Shown in pieces: positions 15,601 to 23,579 of a DNA stretch of 64,000 nucleotides. This stretch comes from an uncultured Solirubrobacterales bacterium (lineage in GTDB: Bacteria; Actinomycetota; Thermoleophilia; Solirubrobacterales; Solirubrobacteraceae): NCBI GenBank assembly GCA_963794845.1, contig CAWCFD010000002.1:890960-954959 (forward strand), given 5' to 3'. The stretch's first letter is position 1. Each line of letters starts with the position of its first letter. The notes below the pieces were generated by a model. The model did no database searches. It saw only the letters and a program-made list of their open reading frames with translations, and was not told the origin of the DNA. The position numbers and the translations under genes were made by a program.

Positions 15601-16535
15601 AAGGCGTGACGAAGCTGATCGCCGAAGACGTGCAGCCCGGCGAACCATACGACTTCGCGGAAGGGACCTGGGAACAGAAAGAGATGAGGATGTCGCCGAG
15701 CGGGCGGTTCGCGGCATTTCTGTCCAAGGCGCCGTTGACCGGTTATGACAATGTGGATTTGGCGACGGGGCAGCCCGATTCAGAGGTGTTTGTGTATGAC
15801 GCGCAGACGGGCGATTTGGCGTGCGCCTCATGCAACCCGTCGGGCGCACGTCCGGTGCATGGGGGCGCGTGGGTTCCCGGTTGGACGACCTATGCTTACC
15901 AGTCGGCGTACCTGTCCAATAGCGGCCGGTTGTTCTTCAACACCGCCGAAGCGTTGGTGGCGCAGGACATCAATGGTGTGGCGGATGTGTATGAGTGGGA
16001 GCCTGCGGGTGTGGGCAGTTGCACGGTGGCGAGCTCGACCTATAGTCCCGCGTCGGGTGGTTGCGATGGGTTGATCTCCTCTGGCACGTCATCGGAAGCC
16101 TCGACGTTCGTGGACGCCAGCGAATCGGGCGATGATGTGTTTTTCTTGACGCTCGAAAAACTCGTGAAGCAGGACACGGATACGTCCTTCGATTTGTATG
16201 ACGCGCACGTGTGCGGGAGTGGCTGGCAGTGCGCGAGCCCGCCCGCGGCGGCGCGTGAATGCACGACCACGGATGCCTGTCGCGCGGCGCCACTCTCGCA
16301 GCCTGAGATCTATGGCGCGCCGTCGAGCGCGACGTTCACGGGCGCCGGCAACGTCAGCTCGTCGCCGCCGGCGTCTGGGAAGACGGTCAAGTCGAAGTCC
16401 GCGGCGAAACTGAGGGCCGAGAAGCTCGCGAAGGCATTGCGTGCCTGCGCTCGCAAGCCCAAGCGCAAGCGCAGGGCATGCAGACGCAGCGCGCGAGCGA
16501 AGTATGCGATCAGCGACAGGGGGGTACGGCGATGA
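12675..16535 (+). CDS. secreted NHL-repeat / Fn3-like x2 / PD40 (TolB-like) beta-propeller protein with Cys-rich, polybasic C-terminus
   Basis: RBS AGGAGGGGA precedes a signal peptide ending ...AVSVAPAGA. NHL-like blades (GQFEGPTGIAVD, VYVADIRNGRVEKF), two TxYRFEYG...YHYR(L/V)VA units, and DGSxVFF/DGSYVYF blades follow. The tail is KSKSAAKLRAEKLAKALRACARKPKRKRRACRRSARAKY. Confidence 0.75.
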   Translation: MNARRLYLAVVASLCALGAALAVSVAPAGAVLPAQFGEAGELAGQFEGPTGIAVDQTSQDVYLMDRGNQRVDEFTGEGQFLRAWGWGVHNGADEFQICGPGASPPTKRCQDGIPRHDQGGVADGAGQFDYPEGNGVIAVDNASGDPLDMSVGDVYVADIRNGRVEKFGPNGEFLAALTEHLGRPESIAVGATGTLFVGEAASVQEFSSEGTYEMTLALEGGSGSVKGLAVDAAGDLIVNAEDGSVREYSESGTLLQTLVAEGASSIALGSHEELFASVGRESIRMLEFAPSGEEIASFDTTVSNSKEIPGRYGLAFGDALGGLYVATQIYEPETNSTTDDVGVVAPPLGREPYLPSVSVSEVQPTGATLQARIDPENHATSYRFEYGQTEAYGSSVPVPDGSLAASFEEETVALPIAKLRAGTTYHYRLVASSECEPEAHPGIQCPVHSEDRTFSTLPAVSIDSEYATAVASTSATLGAQFNPLGAPATYTIEYGATTAYGHMTSPASLSPVSTDVGVSAHVDGLEPDTLYHYRVVAHDEREGQTYTVEGADEAFTTQPAGAPFALPDGRAWEQVSPVNKHGAQIFELPRAEENVYPMQASLAGDAIAYTAGTPTESNPTGYLAFTQVLSRHGVDGWTSQDLATPNALLAGAEINYMEFPIFSEDLSGALVEQLGADAPLLSPLASELTPYVRRQSACESQASASECYTPLITGKQGDADVPAGTHFAYPVPSEIDQELNLEGATGDLSHVVFGYEHHQSRYYEEPNHPTPESASLTETPASTGGLYEWSASEPPAKRLRLVSVLPDGKAAEEDSELGGDVGGVLGLHTNGRGAIAANGSRIFWSGSRGNGESLHVSLYMRDFARGEKGETLEIGEPEPGEETEAGSALYQSTASDGSKVFFTDSGRLIEGASNDSFYECEIVEVAGKLKCRYTDLTPSGGATKLELGSNADGSYVYFATTKSEALLQDNLYVRHEGVTKLIAEDVQPGEPYDFAEGTWEQKEMRMSPSGRFAAFLSKAPLTGYDNVDLATGQPDSEVFVYDAQTGDLACASCNPSGARPVHGGAWVPGWTTYAYQSAYLSNSGRLFFNTAEALVAQDINGVADVYEWEPAGVGSCTVASSTYSPASGGCDGLISSGTSSEASTFVDASESGDDVFFLTLEKLVKQDTDTSFDLYDAHVCGSGWQCASPPAAARECTTTDACRAAPLSQPEIYGAPSSATFTGAGNVSSSPPASGKTVKSKSAAKLRAEKLAKALRACARKPKRKRRACRRSARAKYAISDRGVRR

Positions 16536-19500
16536 GCGGCGTGTTGGAGAAGACGAACGACAGGCTGCTTGTTCGTGTTGGGCCGGCGCTTGTAGCAGTG
16601 CTGGTGGCGTGGTTGATTGGGACCGGGGTGGCGCGTGCGGAACAACCGTCGCCGTGGTGGGGCTTGACGTCGAGTGCGGCGCCGACTCATATCCAGCCGG
16701 GTGGTGCTCAAAGTGAGGTACAGGAAGCGAGCGGCGCCGTTGGCGGGGAAATCGAAGGTGAACCGGTGCTGTTGTTTGAACTGTCGGTCGGAAGTGGTCC
16801 GGTGTTGGGGTCCTTCGCGGTCGAACCGTTCTTGTCGGCGAATCCCTTGGGTCCCCTATACGAAGCGATTTTTGGGCTGAGTCCGGCGACCGATGAAAAC
16901 TTGCAGAAAGCGCTCGAATCCAGTCAGGCATACGGTCCGGGCGGCGTGAGCGTGACGGGCGGTCCGATCGGGACCGCGCCGATAACGATCACGGCGAGGG
17001 GTGGTGCTGCCGACGCGCCGCTGCCTGCGGTCAAAATAGTCCCGCTCATGGGCGAAGCGCAGACGAAAGTCCTCACGCCGGGTCGAGGTGACGGCACGAT
17101 CGTCTTGACGGCGCAGAATCTCGGCGATGCGGAAGCCAACGGTGGAGCTGATCCGATCGTCCTCACCGACCTGCTTCCCGCAGGGTGGCGTCCGGCCAGC
17201 TTTGTCGAAGCGGGTTATTGGCCACAGGTGGGGCTTTGGGGGGAGGAACTGCTCGTGCCGACCGAATGTCACAGCACCCCGGTGGGGCCGCGCCTGTCGT
17301 TGAGCTGCTCGTACGCCGCGCACCTGCCTGCCGGCGAGCTCTTGGAAGAGCGGGTCGCGGTAACCGACGCGGGCGCGACATCGGGTGCGATCAACGAAGC
17401 GAGCGTCTCAGGCGGCGGCGCGGCGACCGTGAAGAGGGCGAACCATCCGGTATTGATCGGTGGCGAAACGCCGTTCGGTATCGAAAACTACGAGATGACG
17501 GCTGAAGAACCGGGGGGAGCCCAGGATACGCAGGCGGGGTCGCACCCGTTCCAGTTGACGACGACGTTCACGTTGAATCAGAACGGCGAACGCGATCCGG
17601 CGGGCGCGGCGAACAAGGATCTGCGCTTCAACCTGCCGCCGGGGCTGATCGGCAACCCGACACCGTTCGCGCGGTGCACGACGCAACAGTTCCAAGAAAA
17701 CAAATGTCCGATCGGCTCGATCGTAGGGTATGGGAGCACCACATTTATCGGGCGTGGCTACGTCGCTCCCCAGAATACCGATAACGCGGTCTACAACATG
17801 GTTCCGAACGTCGGCGAGCCCGCGCGCTTCGCGTTCTACGCGTTCACCAACCCGGTGTACCTGGACACGTCGGTGCGTACCGGCAGCGATTATGGCGTGA
17901 CGGTGAGTACGGCCAACATCACCGAGAGCGTTGGGTTCATGGCGAGCAGGGTGACGTTCTGGGGCGTGCCGGGTGATCCGCGTCATGATGCGAAGCGCGG
18001 TGGCCCGTCTCCCGAAGCCGCCCATCCCGCGCCGCTGCTCTCGCTGCCGACCTCCTGCACCGGCCCGATGCAGAGCAGCATGGAAGCCGACTCGTGGACG
18101 CAGCCCGGAGTTTTCCTCTCCTCTGAAGCGAATGAACCGATGGCGGAGTTGGATGGCTGTAACCATCTGCCGTTCAACCCCGAAATCAGCGTCGCGCCCG
18201 ATGTGTCCTCCGCGAGCACGCCGTCGGGTTTGACGGTCGGGGTGCGCATCCCCCAGGCCGCGGCGCTGAACCCGACGGGCTTGGCGGAGTCGACGTTGAA
18301 GGATACAACGGTCACATTGCCCGAAGGCGTCGCGGTGAACTCTGGTGGCGCCGATGGCCTGGAAGCGTGCTCTGAGGGCCAGATCGGGTATCTGCAGGGG
18401 GAAAGCACGCCTGAAAATCTGCGCTTCACACCGGAAGAGGGCGAACCGTTCTGTCCCGACGCGTCGAAGGTCGGCACGGTCGAAATCGAAACGCCGCTGC
18501 TGCCGAACGCATTGAAGGGCGCGGTGTATCTGGGCACGCCCGCGCCGTTCGGGGAAGCGGGGATGAACCCGTTCGGGTCGCTGCTCGCGATGTACATCGT
18601 CGCGCACGACCCCGTATCCGGGGTGCTGCTCAAGCTCCCCGGCCAGGTCACGCTCGACCCGAACACGGGCCGGCTGGTCGCGACGTTCGATCACACGCCA
18701 CCTTTGCCGTTTGAAAACCTGCGCATGCACTTCTTCGGTGGTGCGCGCGCACCGTTGTCGACGCCGGCGAAGTGCGGGTCTTATGAAACACAAGCGTCGT
18801 TCGTACCGTGGACGGGGGAAGCGTCCGCGAACGTCGGCTCTACGTTCCGGGTCGACTCGGGTCCGAGTGGCGGTCCGTGCGAGAGCCCGTTGCCGTTCAG
18901 CCCGGCGTTGACGGCGGGCACGACGAGCGTGCAGGCGGGCGGGTTCAGCCCGTTCACGATGACGATGAGCCGCCCCGATGGCAGCCAGACGCTCAGCTCG
19001 ATCGCGCTGCGCATGCCCGACGGGCTCTCGGGGGAGCTCTCCAAAGTCGCGCTATGCTCCGAAGCTCAGGCCAACGAAGGGACCTGCGGTCCGGAAAGCC
19101 AGATCGGCGAATCGACCGTCAGCGTCGGCGTGGGCGGCAACCCGTTCACGGTGACGGGCGGCAAGGTGTTCATCACCGGCCCCTACCACGGAGCGCCGTT
19201 CGGCCTGTCGATACTCACCCCGGCGAAGGCCGGGCCGTTCGATCTCGGCCACGTCGTGGTGAGGGCGAAGATCGAAGTGGATCCGGTTACGGCGGCACTC
19301 ACGATCACGAGCAATCCCCCGGGCACGCAGTACTCGATCCCGACGATCCTGCACGGCATTCCATTGGAGATCCAGCACATCAACGTGACCGTCGGACGGC
19401 CCGAATTCACGTTCAACCCAACCGATTGCGAGAAGAGCGCGATCACCGGCACACTGTTCTCGACCGAAAACACAAGCGATCAGCTGTCGGTGCCCTTCCA

Positions 19501-20179
19501 GGTCACCAACTGCGCGGCGCTCGGCTTCAAACCCGGATTCAAGGTCTCCACGTCAGGAAAGACCAGTCGCGCGAACGGAGCGAGCCTGCGCGTCAAGCTC
19601 GTCTATCCCAAAGCGCCGTTCGGGTCGCAGGCGAACATCAAAAGCGTCAAGGTGGACCTCCCCAAGCAGCTGCCCTCGCGTTTGACGACGCTGCAGAAGG
19701 CGTGCACCTCCGCGCAGTTTGAAGCCAACCCGGCTGGATGCCCGCAAGCCTCGATCGTGGGACACGCCACCGCGATCACGCCCCTGATCCCGGTGCCGTT
19801 GACAGGACCGGCGTATTTCGTCAGCTACGGCGGCGCGAAGTTCCCCGAACTGGTGATCGTGCTCCAGGGTTACGGCGTCACGCTCGACCTGCACGGCGAA
19901 ACGTTCATCAGCAAAGCCGGGATCACCTCGAGCACGTTCCACACCGTCCCCGACGCGCCCGTCGGCAGCTTCGAGTTGACGTTGCCTCAGGGTAAATATT
20001 CGGCGCTGGCCGCGAACGGGAACCTCTGCAAGAGCAAACTCGCGATGCCCACAGCGTTCACCGCGCAGAACGGAGCGGTGATCCACCAGTCGACCAAGAT
20101 CAGCGTCACGGGCTGTGCGAAGACCAAGACGGCCAAGAAGAAGGGCAAGAAGGCCGGCAAGCGCCACAAGCACGGGTAG
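16532..20179 (+). CDS. large secreted protein of unknown family with four Cys-pair modules (paralog 1)
   Basis: The ATG overlaps the upstream stop (ATGA 16532-16535), and a signal-like segment LVAVLVAWLIGTGVARA follows. The motif C-x3-Q-(I/F)...C-P-x2-S-x-(V/I)-G...L-x-G-x-(V/A)-Y-(L/F) recurs four times. The tail is lysine-rich: KTKTAKKKGKKAGKRHKHG. Confidence 0.75.
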   Translation: MSGVLEKTNDRLLVRVGPALVAVLVAWLIGTGVARAEQPSPWWGLTSSAAPTHIQPGGAQSEVQEASGAVGGEIEGEPVLLFELSVGSGPVLGSFAVEPFLSANPLGPLYEAIFGLSPATDENLQKALESSQAYGPGGVSVTGGPIGTAPITITARGGAADAPLPAVKIVPLMGEAQTKVLTPGRGDGTIVLTAQNLGDAEANGGADPIVLTDLLPAGWRPASFVEAGYWPQVGLWGEELLVPTECHSTPVGPRLSLSCSYAAHLPAGELLEERVAVTDAGATSGAINEASVSGGGAATVKRANHPVLIGGETPFGIENYEMTAEEPGGAQDTQAGSHPFQLTTTFTLNQNGERDPAGAANKDLRFNLPPGLIGNPTPFARCTTQQFQENKCPIGSIVGYGSTTFIGRGYVAPQNTDNAVYNMVPNVGEPARFAFYAFTNPVYLDTSVRTGSDYGVTVSTANITESVGFMASRVTFWGVPGDPRHDAKRGGPSPEAAHPAPLLSLPTSCTGPMQSSMEADSWTQPGVFLSSEANEPMAELDGCNHLPFNPEISVAPDVSSASTPSGLTVGVRIPQAAALNPTGLAESTLKDTTVTLPEGVAVNSGGADGLEACSEGQIGYLQGESTPENLRFTPEEGEPFCPDASKVGTVEIETPLLPNALKGAVYLGTPAPFGEAGMNPFGSLLAMYIVAHDPVSGVLLKLPGQVTLDPNTGRLVATFDHTPPLPFENLRMHFFGGARAPLSTPAKCGSYETQASFVPWTGEASANVGSTFRVDSGPSGGPCESPLPFSPALTAGTTSVQAGGFSPFTMTMSRPDGSQTLSSIALRMPDGLSGELSKVALCSEAQANEGTCGPESQIGESTVSVGVGGNPFTVTGGKVFITGPYHGAPFGLSILTPAKAGPFDLGHVVVRAKIEVDPVTAALTITSNPPGTQYSIPTILHGIPLEIQHINVTVGRPEFTFNPTDCEKSAITGTLFSTENTSDQLSVPFQVTNCAALGFKPGFKVSTSGKTSRANGASLRVKLVYPKAPFGSQANIKSVKVDLPKQLPSRLTTLQKACTSAQFEANPAGCPQASIVGHATAITPLIPVPLTGPAYFVSYGGAKFPELVIVLQGYGVTLDLHGETFISKAGITSSTFHTVPDAPVGSFELTLPQGKYSALAANGNLCKSKLAMPTAFTAQNGAVIHQSTKISVTGCAKTKTAKKKGKKAGKRHKHG

Positions 20180-20702
20180 CCTTGATGCTCGATGTCTTCC
20201 CGTTCGCGCTCTGAGTCGCGCCGGGCCGCAGGCATTCAAGCAGGCGCTCTCCAGCTTCGCGTCGTGCTTGAGCCGCAACGGCGTGGCGCTGCCCCGGGCT
20301 CCGGGCGCAGCGGGGCTCAGCCTGAAGGGCGTGGACACGAAGAGCGCCACGTACAAGCGGGCGCTCGCCGCGTGCAGGCCCGTGATCGCCGCCGCCCTGA
20401 AGGCGATCTCCCCCGCGCGCTCGAAGCCCGTCTCGCCGTTGCATCCCGCCTCCCCGCCGGCGGCGCCGCCGAGCAGGCCGAGTGCGCCAACGCTGCCCGT
20501 GCACGTCCCGCCGGCGGTAACCGCCGTCATGAAACGTTTCACCGCGTGCATGCGCAAGGAAGGCGTCACGGCCTTCCCCGAACCGACCGGCGCGAGCTTC
20601 GAGCTGAGCGGCACCGGCGTCGATGCGACCAGCCCGCGGTACAAGACGGCCCAGACCCGCTGCAACCCGATCCTGAGCGGGATGTTCAAGGCGGGCGGGT
20701 GA
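20115..20702 (+). CDS. small protein with duplicated Cys-pair motif; N-terminus or start unclear
   Basis: Two repeats, F..C(L/M)(S/R)..GV..P......G.D..S..YK.A...C.P, at ~20230-20400 and ~20520-20690, resemble small secreted actinobacterial proteins. No signal peptide or clean start is present, and the only ATG lies inside the upstream gene. Confidence 0.35.
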   Translation: MRRPRRPRRRARRPASATSTGSLDARCLPVRALSRAGPQAFKQALSSFASCLSRNGVALPRAPGAAGLSLKGVDTKSATYKRALAACRPVIAAALKAISPARSKPVSPLHPASPPAAPPSRPSAPTLPVHVPPAVTAVMKRFTACMRKEGVTAFPEPTGASFELSGTGVDATSPRYKTAQTRCNPILSGMFKAGG

Positions 20703-20806
20703 GGGCCGTGCGGCGGTAGCGTGGGAGCCAGCTGACGTTTGTCTGCCGTCGCCGGCTGTATCGTGTCGCTGCGAAATGGCGATCTTCAAGCCAGGTCTGT
20801 CAAGCC

Positions 20807-21310
20807 GTGCCAGCTGAGCTGCCCGAGCACGAGCGAGAGATCGCGCGTGTCGCGTATGCCATCGCGCAGGCGGCACTCAATGAGCAGCACGAGTCGGTTC
20901 GCGATTTGCGTGCACGAACCGGTGCGCTTCTCACCGCCACGTCGGTGGTCGTCTCGCTCCTTGGGGCGCGAGCGCTGACGACAAGTCATCTGCGAGGCAT
21001 GGCGTTTGTCGGGCTTGGCGTGTTCGTGTTCTCGCTGGTGTTCTGTCTCTATGTGCTCCTGCCGACCAAGAAGATCGAGTCGTTGGCTCAGGGCGGCGCG
21101 CTCTTTGACTTGACGCTCGCCGACCCTGATCCAGCCACGGACGTGTACAGACGGCTCGCGGCCACGTGCGACACGATCGCCGCTGCCAACGAGTCCCATA
21201 TCGAGCGGCTCGGGCGGGTGTTCTCGCTGGCCTCGGCCGCGATAATCATCGAGGTCCTGTTGTGGGGGCTGCAGCTAGACCATATGGGTCGCCGTCTTGG
21301 CGTCCGTTGA
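20807..21310 (+). CDS. hypothetical membrane protein (2-3 predicted TM helices)
   Basis: 167-aa ORF with hydrophobic stretches LLTATSVVVSLLGA, AFVGLGVFVFSLVFCLYVLL and SAAIIIEVLLWGL. Confidence 0.5.
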   Translation: MPAELPEHEREIARVAYAIAQAALNEQHESVRDLRARTGALLTATSVVVSLLGARALTTSHLRGMAFVGLGVFVFSLVFCLYVLLPTKKIESLAQGGALFDLTLADPDPATDVYRRLAATCDTIAAANESHIERLGRVFSLASAAIIIEVLLWGLQLDHMGRRLGVR

Positions 21311-21326
21311 GGGTGTGAAGGTCGGC

Positions 21327-21349
21327 ACCCGCGCATGAGGTGCGCGGGT
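21327..21349 (+). terminator. 9-bp GC hairpin after 20807..21310 (weak T tail)
   Basis: ACCCGCGCA-TGAGG-TGCGCGGGT followed by TT. It could alternatively be the palindromic target of the adjacent IS110-family element. Confidence 0.3.
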
Positions 21350-22780
21350 TGAGGGTCCAGGAATGGCCTGGGCCCCGACCGCAATCATGGGGGTGCCGAC
21401 ATGACACAGGTTCGCAGTTGGGCTGGTTTGGATGTGCACGCGGCGAAGGTGCTCGCGGTGACGGTTGACGCGGTGTCGGGTGAACTCCGCTCGCGGACGC
21501 TTTCCGGGCGCACGAGCGAGGTGGTCGAGTTCTGTGGTTCGTTGCCCGGGCCGACGCGCGTGGCGTATGAGGCGGGGCCGACGGGGTTCGGGCTCGCGCG
21601 GGCGCTCGCGGCGGCCGGGGTGGGGTGCGTGGTCGCTGCGCCGGGCAAGATCGAGCGTCCCGCGCAGGACCGCGTCAAGACTGATCGTCGCGACGCGGAG
21701 CGCTTAGTGCGGTTGTTGATGGTCGGAGGCCTGTATCCGGTCAGGGTGCCGAGCACCGAGGAAGAGGCGCTGCGGGACCTCGTCCGAGCACGCGAGGACG
21801 TTCGTGGTGATCTGATGCGCGCACGCCACCGGATGAGCAAGCTGTTGCTGCGTCACGAGATCGTCTTCGAGGGTCCCGGCTCTAACTGGACGATCCGTCA
21901 CCGCGAGTGGCTCGGGCGCCTGGAGCTGAGCGACCGGGGTGCGCAGGTCACGCTGCTTGACTATCTCGGCGCGATCGACGCGCTGATCGTGCGCCGGACC
22001 GCGCTGGAGGGCACGATCGGCGAGCTCGTGCCCGCCTCGCCGTGGGCGCAGAGCGTCGCTCGGTTGCGCTGCCTGCGCGGGATGGACACGCTCAGCGCGG
22101 TAGGGCTGTGCGCGGAGATCGGCGACTGGCAGCGCTTCGCCAGGGCGGGACAGCTGATGAGCTTCGTCGGCCTGGTCCCCAGCGAGGACAGCTCCGGGGA
22201 GCGTCGCCGTCAAGGCTCGATCACCAAGACAGGGTCTCGCCACGCCCGCCGGCTCCTCGTCGAGGCCGCCTGGCACTACCGCAGAGCGCCCGCCAAGGGC
22301 ACCGCGCTCAAGCGCCGCCAAGACGGCCAGGACGCGCACGTGATCGCGCTCTCCTGGAAGGCTCAACAGCGCCTGCACCGCACCTGGCGGCGGCTCGACG
22401 CAGAACGAGGCAAGCGACGCACGATCGTCGCGGTCGCTGTCGCCCGCGAACTCGCCGGGTTCTGCTGGGCGATCGCCAACGCCGACTGACCCGACCAGCA
22501 CCACGTCGGTCAAGGAGGCGGCGGGAACAACCTGGCCACCACGCGCGAGAGCACCCGCGGTCGCGCTATGAGCAACCCCCCAACCGGGGGCCACGCTCGA
22601 TCCTAGACAGCGGGCTCTCACGACGAAACCCGGTCCTGCGGTACCCAACCCGCGCATATCAGCCTGACCGCGCGTCGCGCACCCGCCAGGCCCGCCGCCC
22701 CCTTGACCGACCAGGATGCCCGCCCCGTCGCGGGCATCCGGTGCTGGGCACTTGACAAACCGACGTCCATATCAGCGCTA
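21350..22780 (+). mobile_element. IS110-family insertion sequence (ends not determinable from sequence alone)
   Basis: Single DEDD-type transposase gene with ~50-90 nt upstream and ~300 nt of non-coding DNA downstream. No terminal inverted repeats were found, as expected for this family. Confidence 0.45.
21401..22489 (+). CDS. IS110-family (DEDD) transposase
   Basis: N-terminal WAGLDVHAAKVLAVTVD, and a C-terminal Transposase_20-type block LRCLRGMDTLSAVGLCAEIGDWQRFARAGQLMSFVGLVPSEDSSGERRRQGSITKTGSRHARRLLVEAAWHY. Confidence 0.9.
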   Translation: MTQVRSWAGLDVHAAKVLAVTVDAVSGELRSRTLSGRTSEVVEFCGSLPGPTRVAYEAGPTGFGLARALAAAGVGCVVAAPGKIERPAQDRVKTDRRDAERLVRLLMVGGLYPVRVPSTEEEALRDLVRAREDVRGDLMRARHRMSKLLLRHEIVFEGPGSNWTIRHREWLGRLELSDRGAQVTLLDYLGAIDALIVRRTALEGTIGELVPASPWAQSVARLRCLRGMDTLSAVGLCAEIGDWQRFARAGQLMSFVGLVPSEDSSGERRRQGSITKTGSRHARRLLVEAAWHYRRAPAKGTALKRRQDGQDAHVIALSWKAQQRLHRTWRRLDAERGKRRTIVAVAVARELAGFCWAIANAD

Positions 22781-23343
22781 ACATGACTGCGATGCCTGAA
22801 AAGCCAGCTCCCCGGCCAGCCCCACCGGCCCCGATCAAGACGATGATCAAGCCCGAGCCGGGTGCGATCATCGGCGGTCGCGGCAGCGCCGGGCAGTAGT
22901 CGCGTCAGCTCCACGCGGCGGAACGGTGCTCGCTGCTTCGCGACTCGACGGCGACGAGCAGGCTTCGCTCCCGCAGCCAGCTCGCGGCCTGCTGGGCGGC
23001 GTCACGCTCGCCCGCGTCAAACCGCGCCACCTCGCGCACAAGCTCCGGGTACTCGCGTCAGGAGCCCGTCACGCTCGCTGTCGTGCGCGTACGCGGGCGG
23101 CGCGATCGACCGCGGTCCTGTTCGCGCGGATGACCTGCGCCACGCTCCTGCAGCGCAGGCCGAACGTCCTCGCGATCCGTTCCGGCTCCTGGCCGTCGCG
23201 CCATGCCGCGAGCAGCTGCGCGGCGTGAGCCTGGTTCTCCTTCCGGTCTCGGCATCGAAGGAGGCGCGCAGCCGGCGAGCACCACGCGCCCCGGCCGTGA
23301 GCCGTCCCATACGGCCCGACGCGCGCGCTACGATGTGGGGACC

Positions 23344-23574
23344 ATGAAGGTCACCGAAACAGCAGCCGGCACGCCGATCGTCGAGTTCACCGAGGAGGAG
23401 GAAGCCGCGTACCTGGAGCGCCAGGTACAGCGCGAAATGGGCATGTCGGTCGCGGAGTTCACGCGGGCCTACCTGGCCGGCGAGCTTGCCGACATGGTTC
23501 CGGACGTCGACGACATCGTCGGCCTGCTGAGGATCGGACAGAACGGGCAGAACGGGCGGGCCCCTGCCGCGTAG
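23344..23574 (+). CDS. small acidic hypothetical protein (76 aa)
   Basis: ATG at 23344 (MKVTETAAGTPIVEFTEEEEAAYLERQVQREMGMSVAEFTRAYLAGEL...). No family recognised. Confidence 0.35.
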   Translation: MKVTETAAGTPIVEFTEEEEAAYLERQVQREMGMSVAEFTRAYLAGELADMVPDVDDIVGLLRIGQNGQNGRAPAA

Positions 23575-23579
23575 GGTCG

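Noticed and set aside
22784-22900. 38-aa Pro-rich plus-strand ORF and a 70-aa hydrophobic minus-strand ORF downstream of the IS110 transposase
   Set aside because: They are mutually antisense, lack a convincing RBS, and the TTGACA upstream has no properly spaced -10. The region is more plausibly non-coding IS end sequence.
23030-23260. HTH (sigma region 4 / resolvase-like) fragment on the minus strand (AAQLLAAWRDGQEPERIARTFGLRCRSVAQVIRANR)
   Set aside because: No start codon in frame and no recognisable N-terminal domain. It may be a remnant, but that cannot be supported beyond one helix-turn-helix-like stretch.
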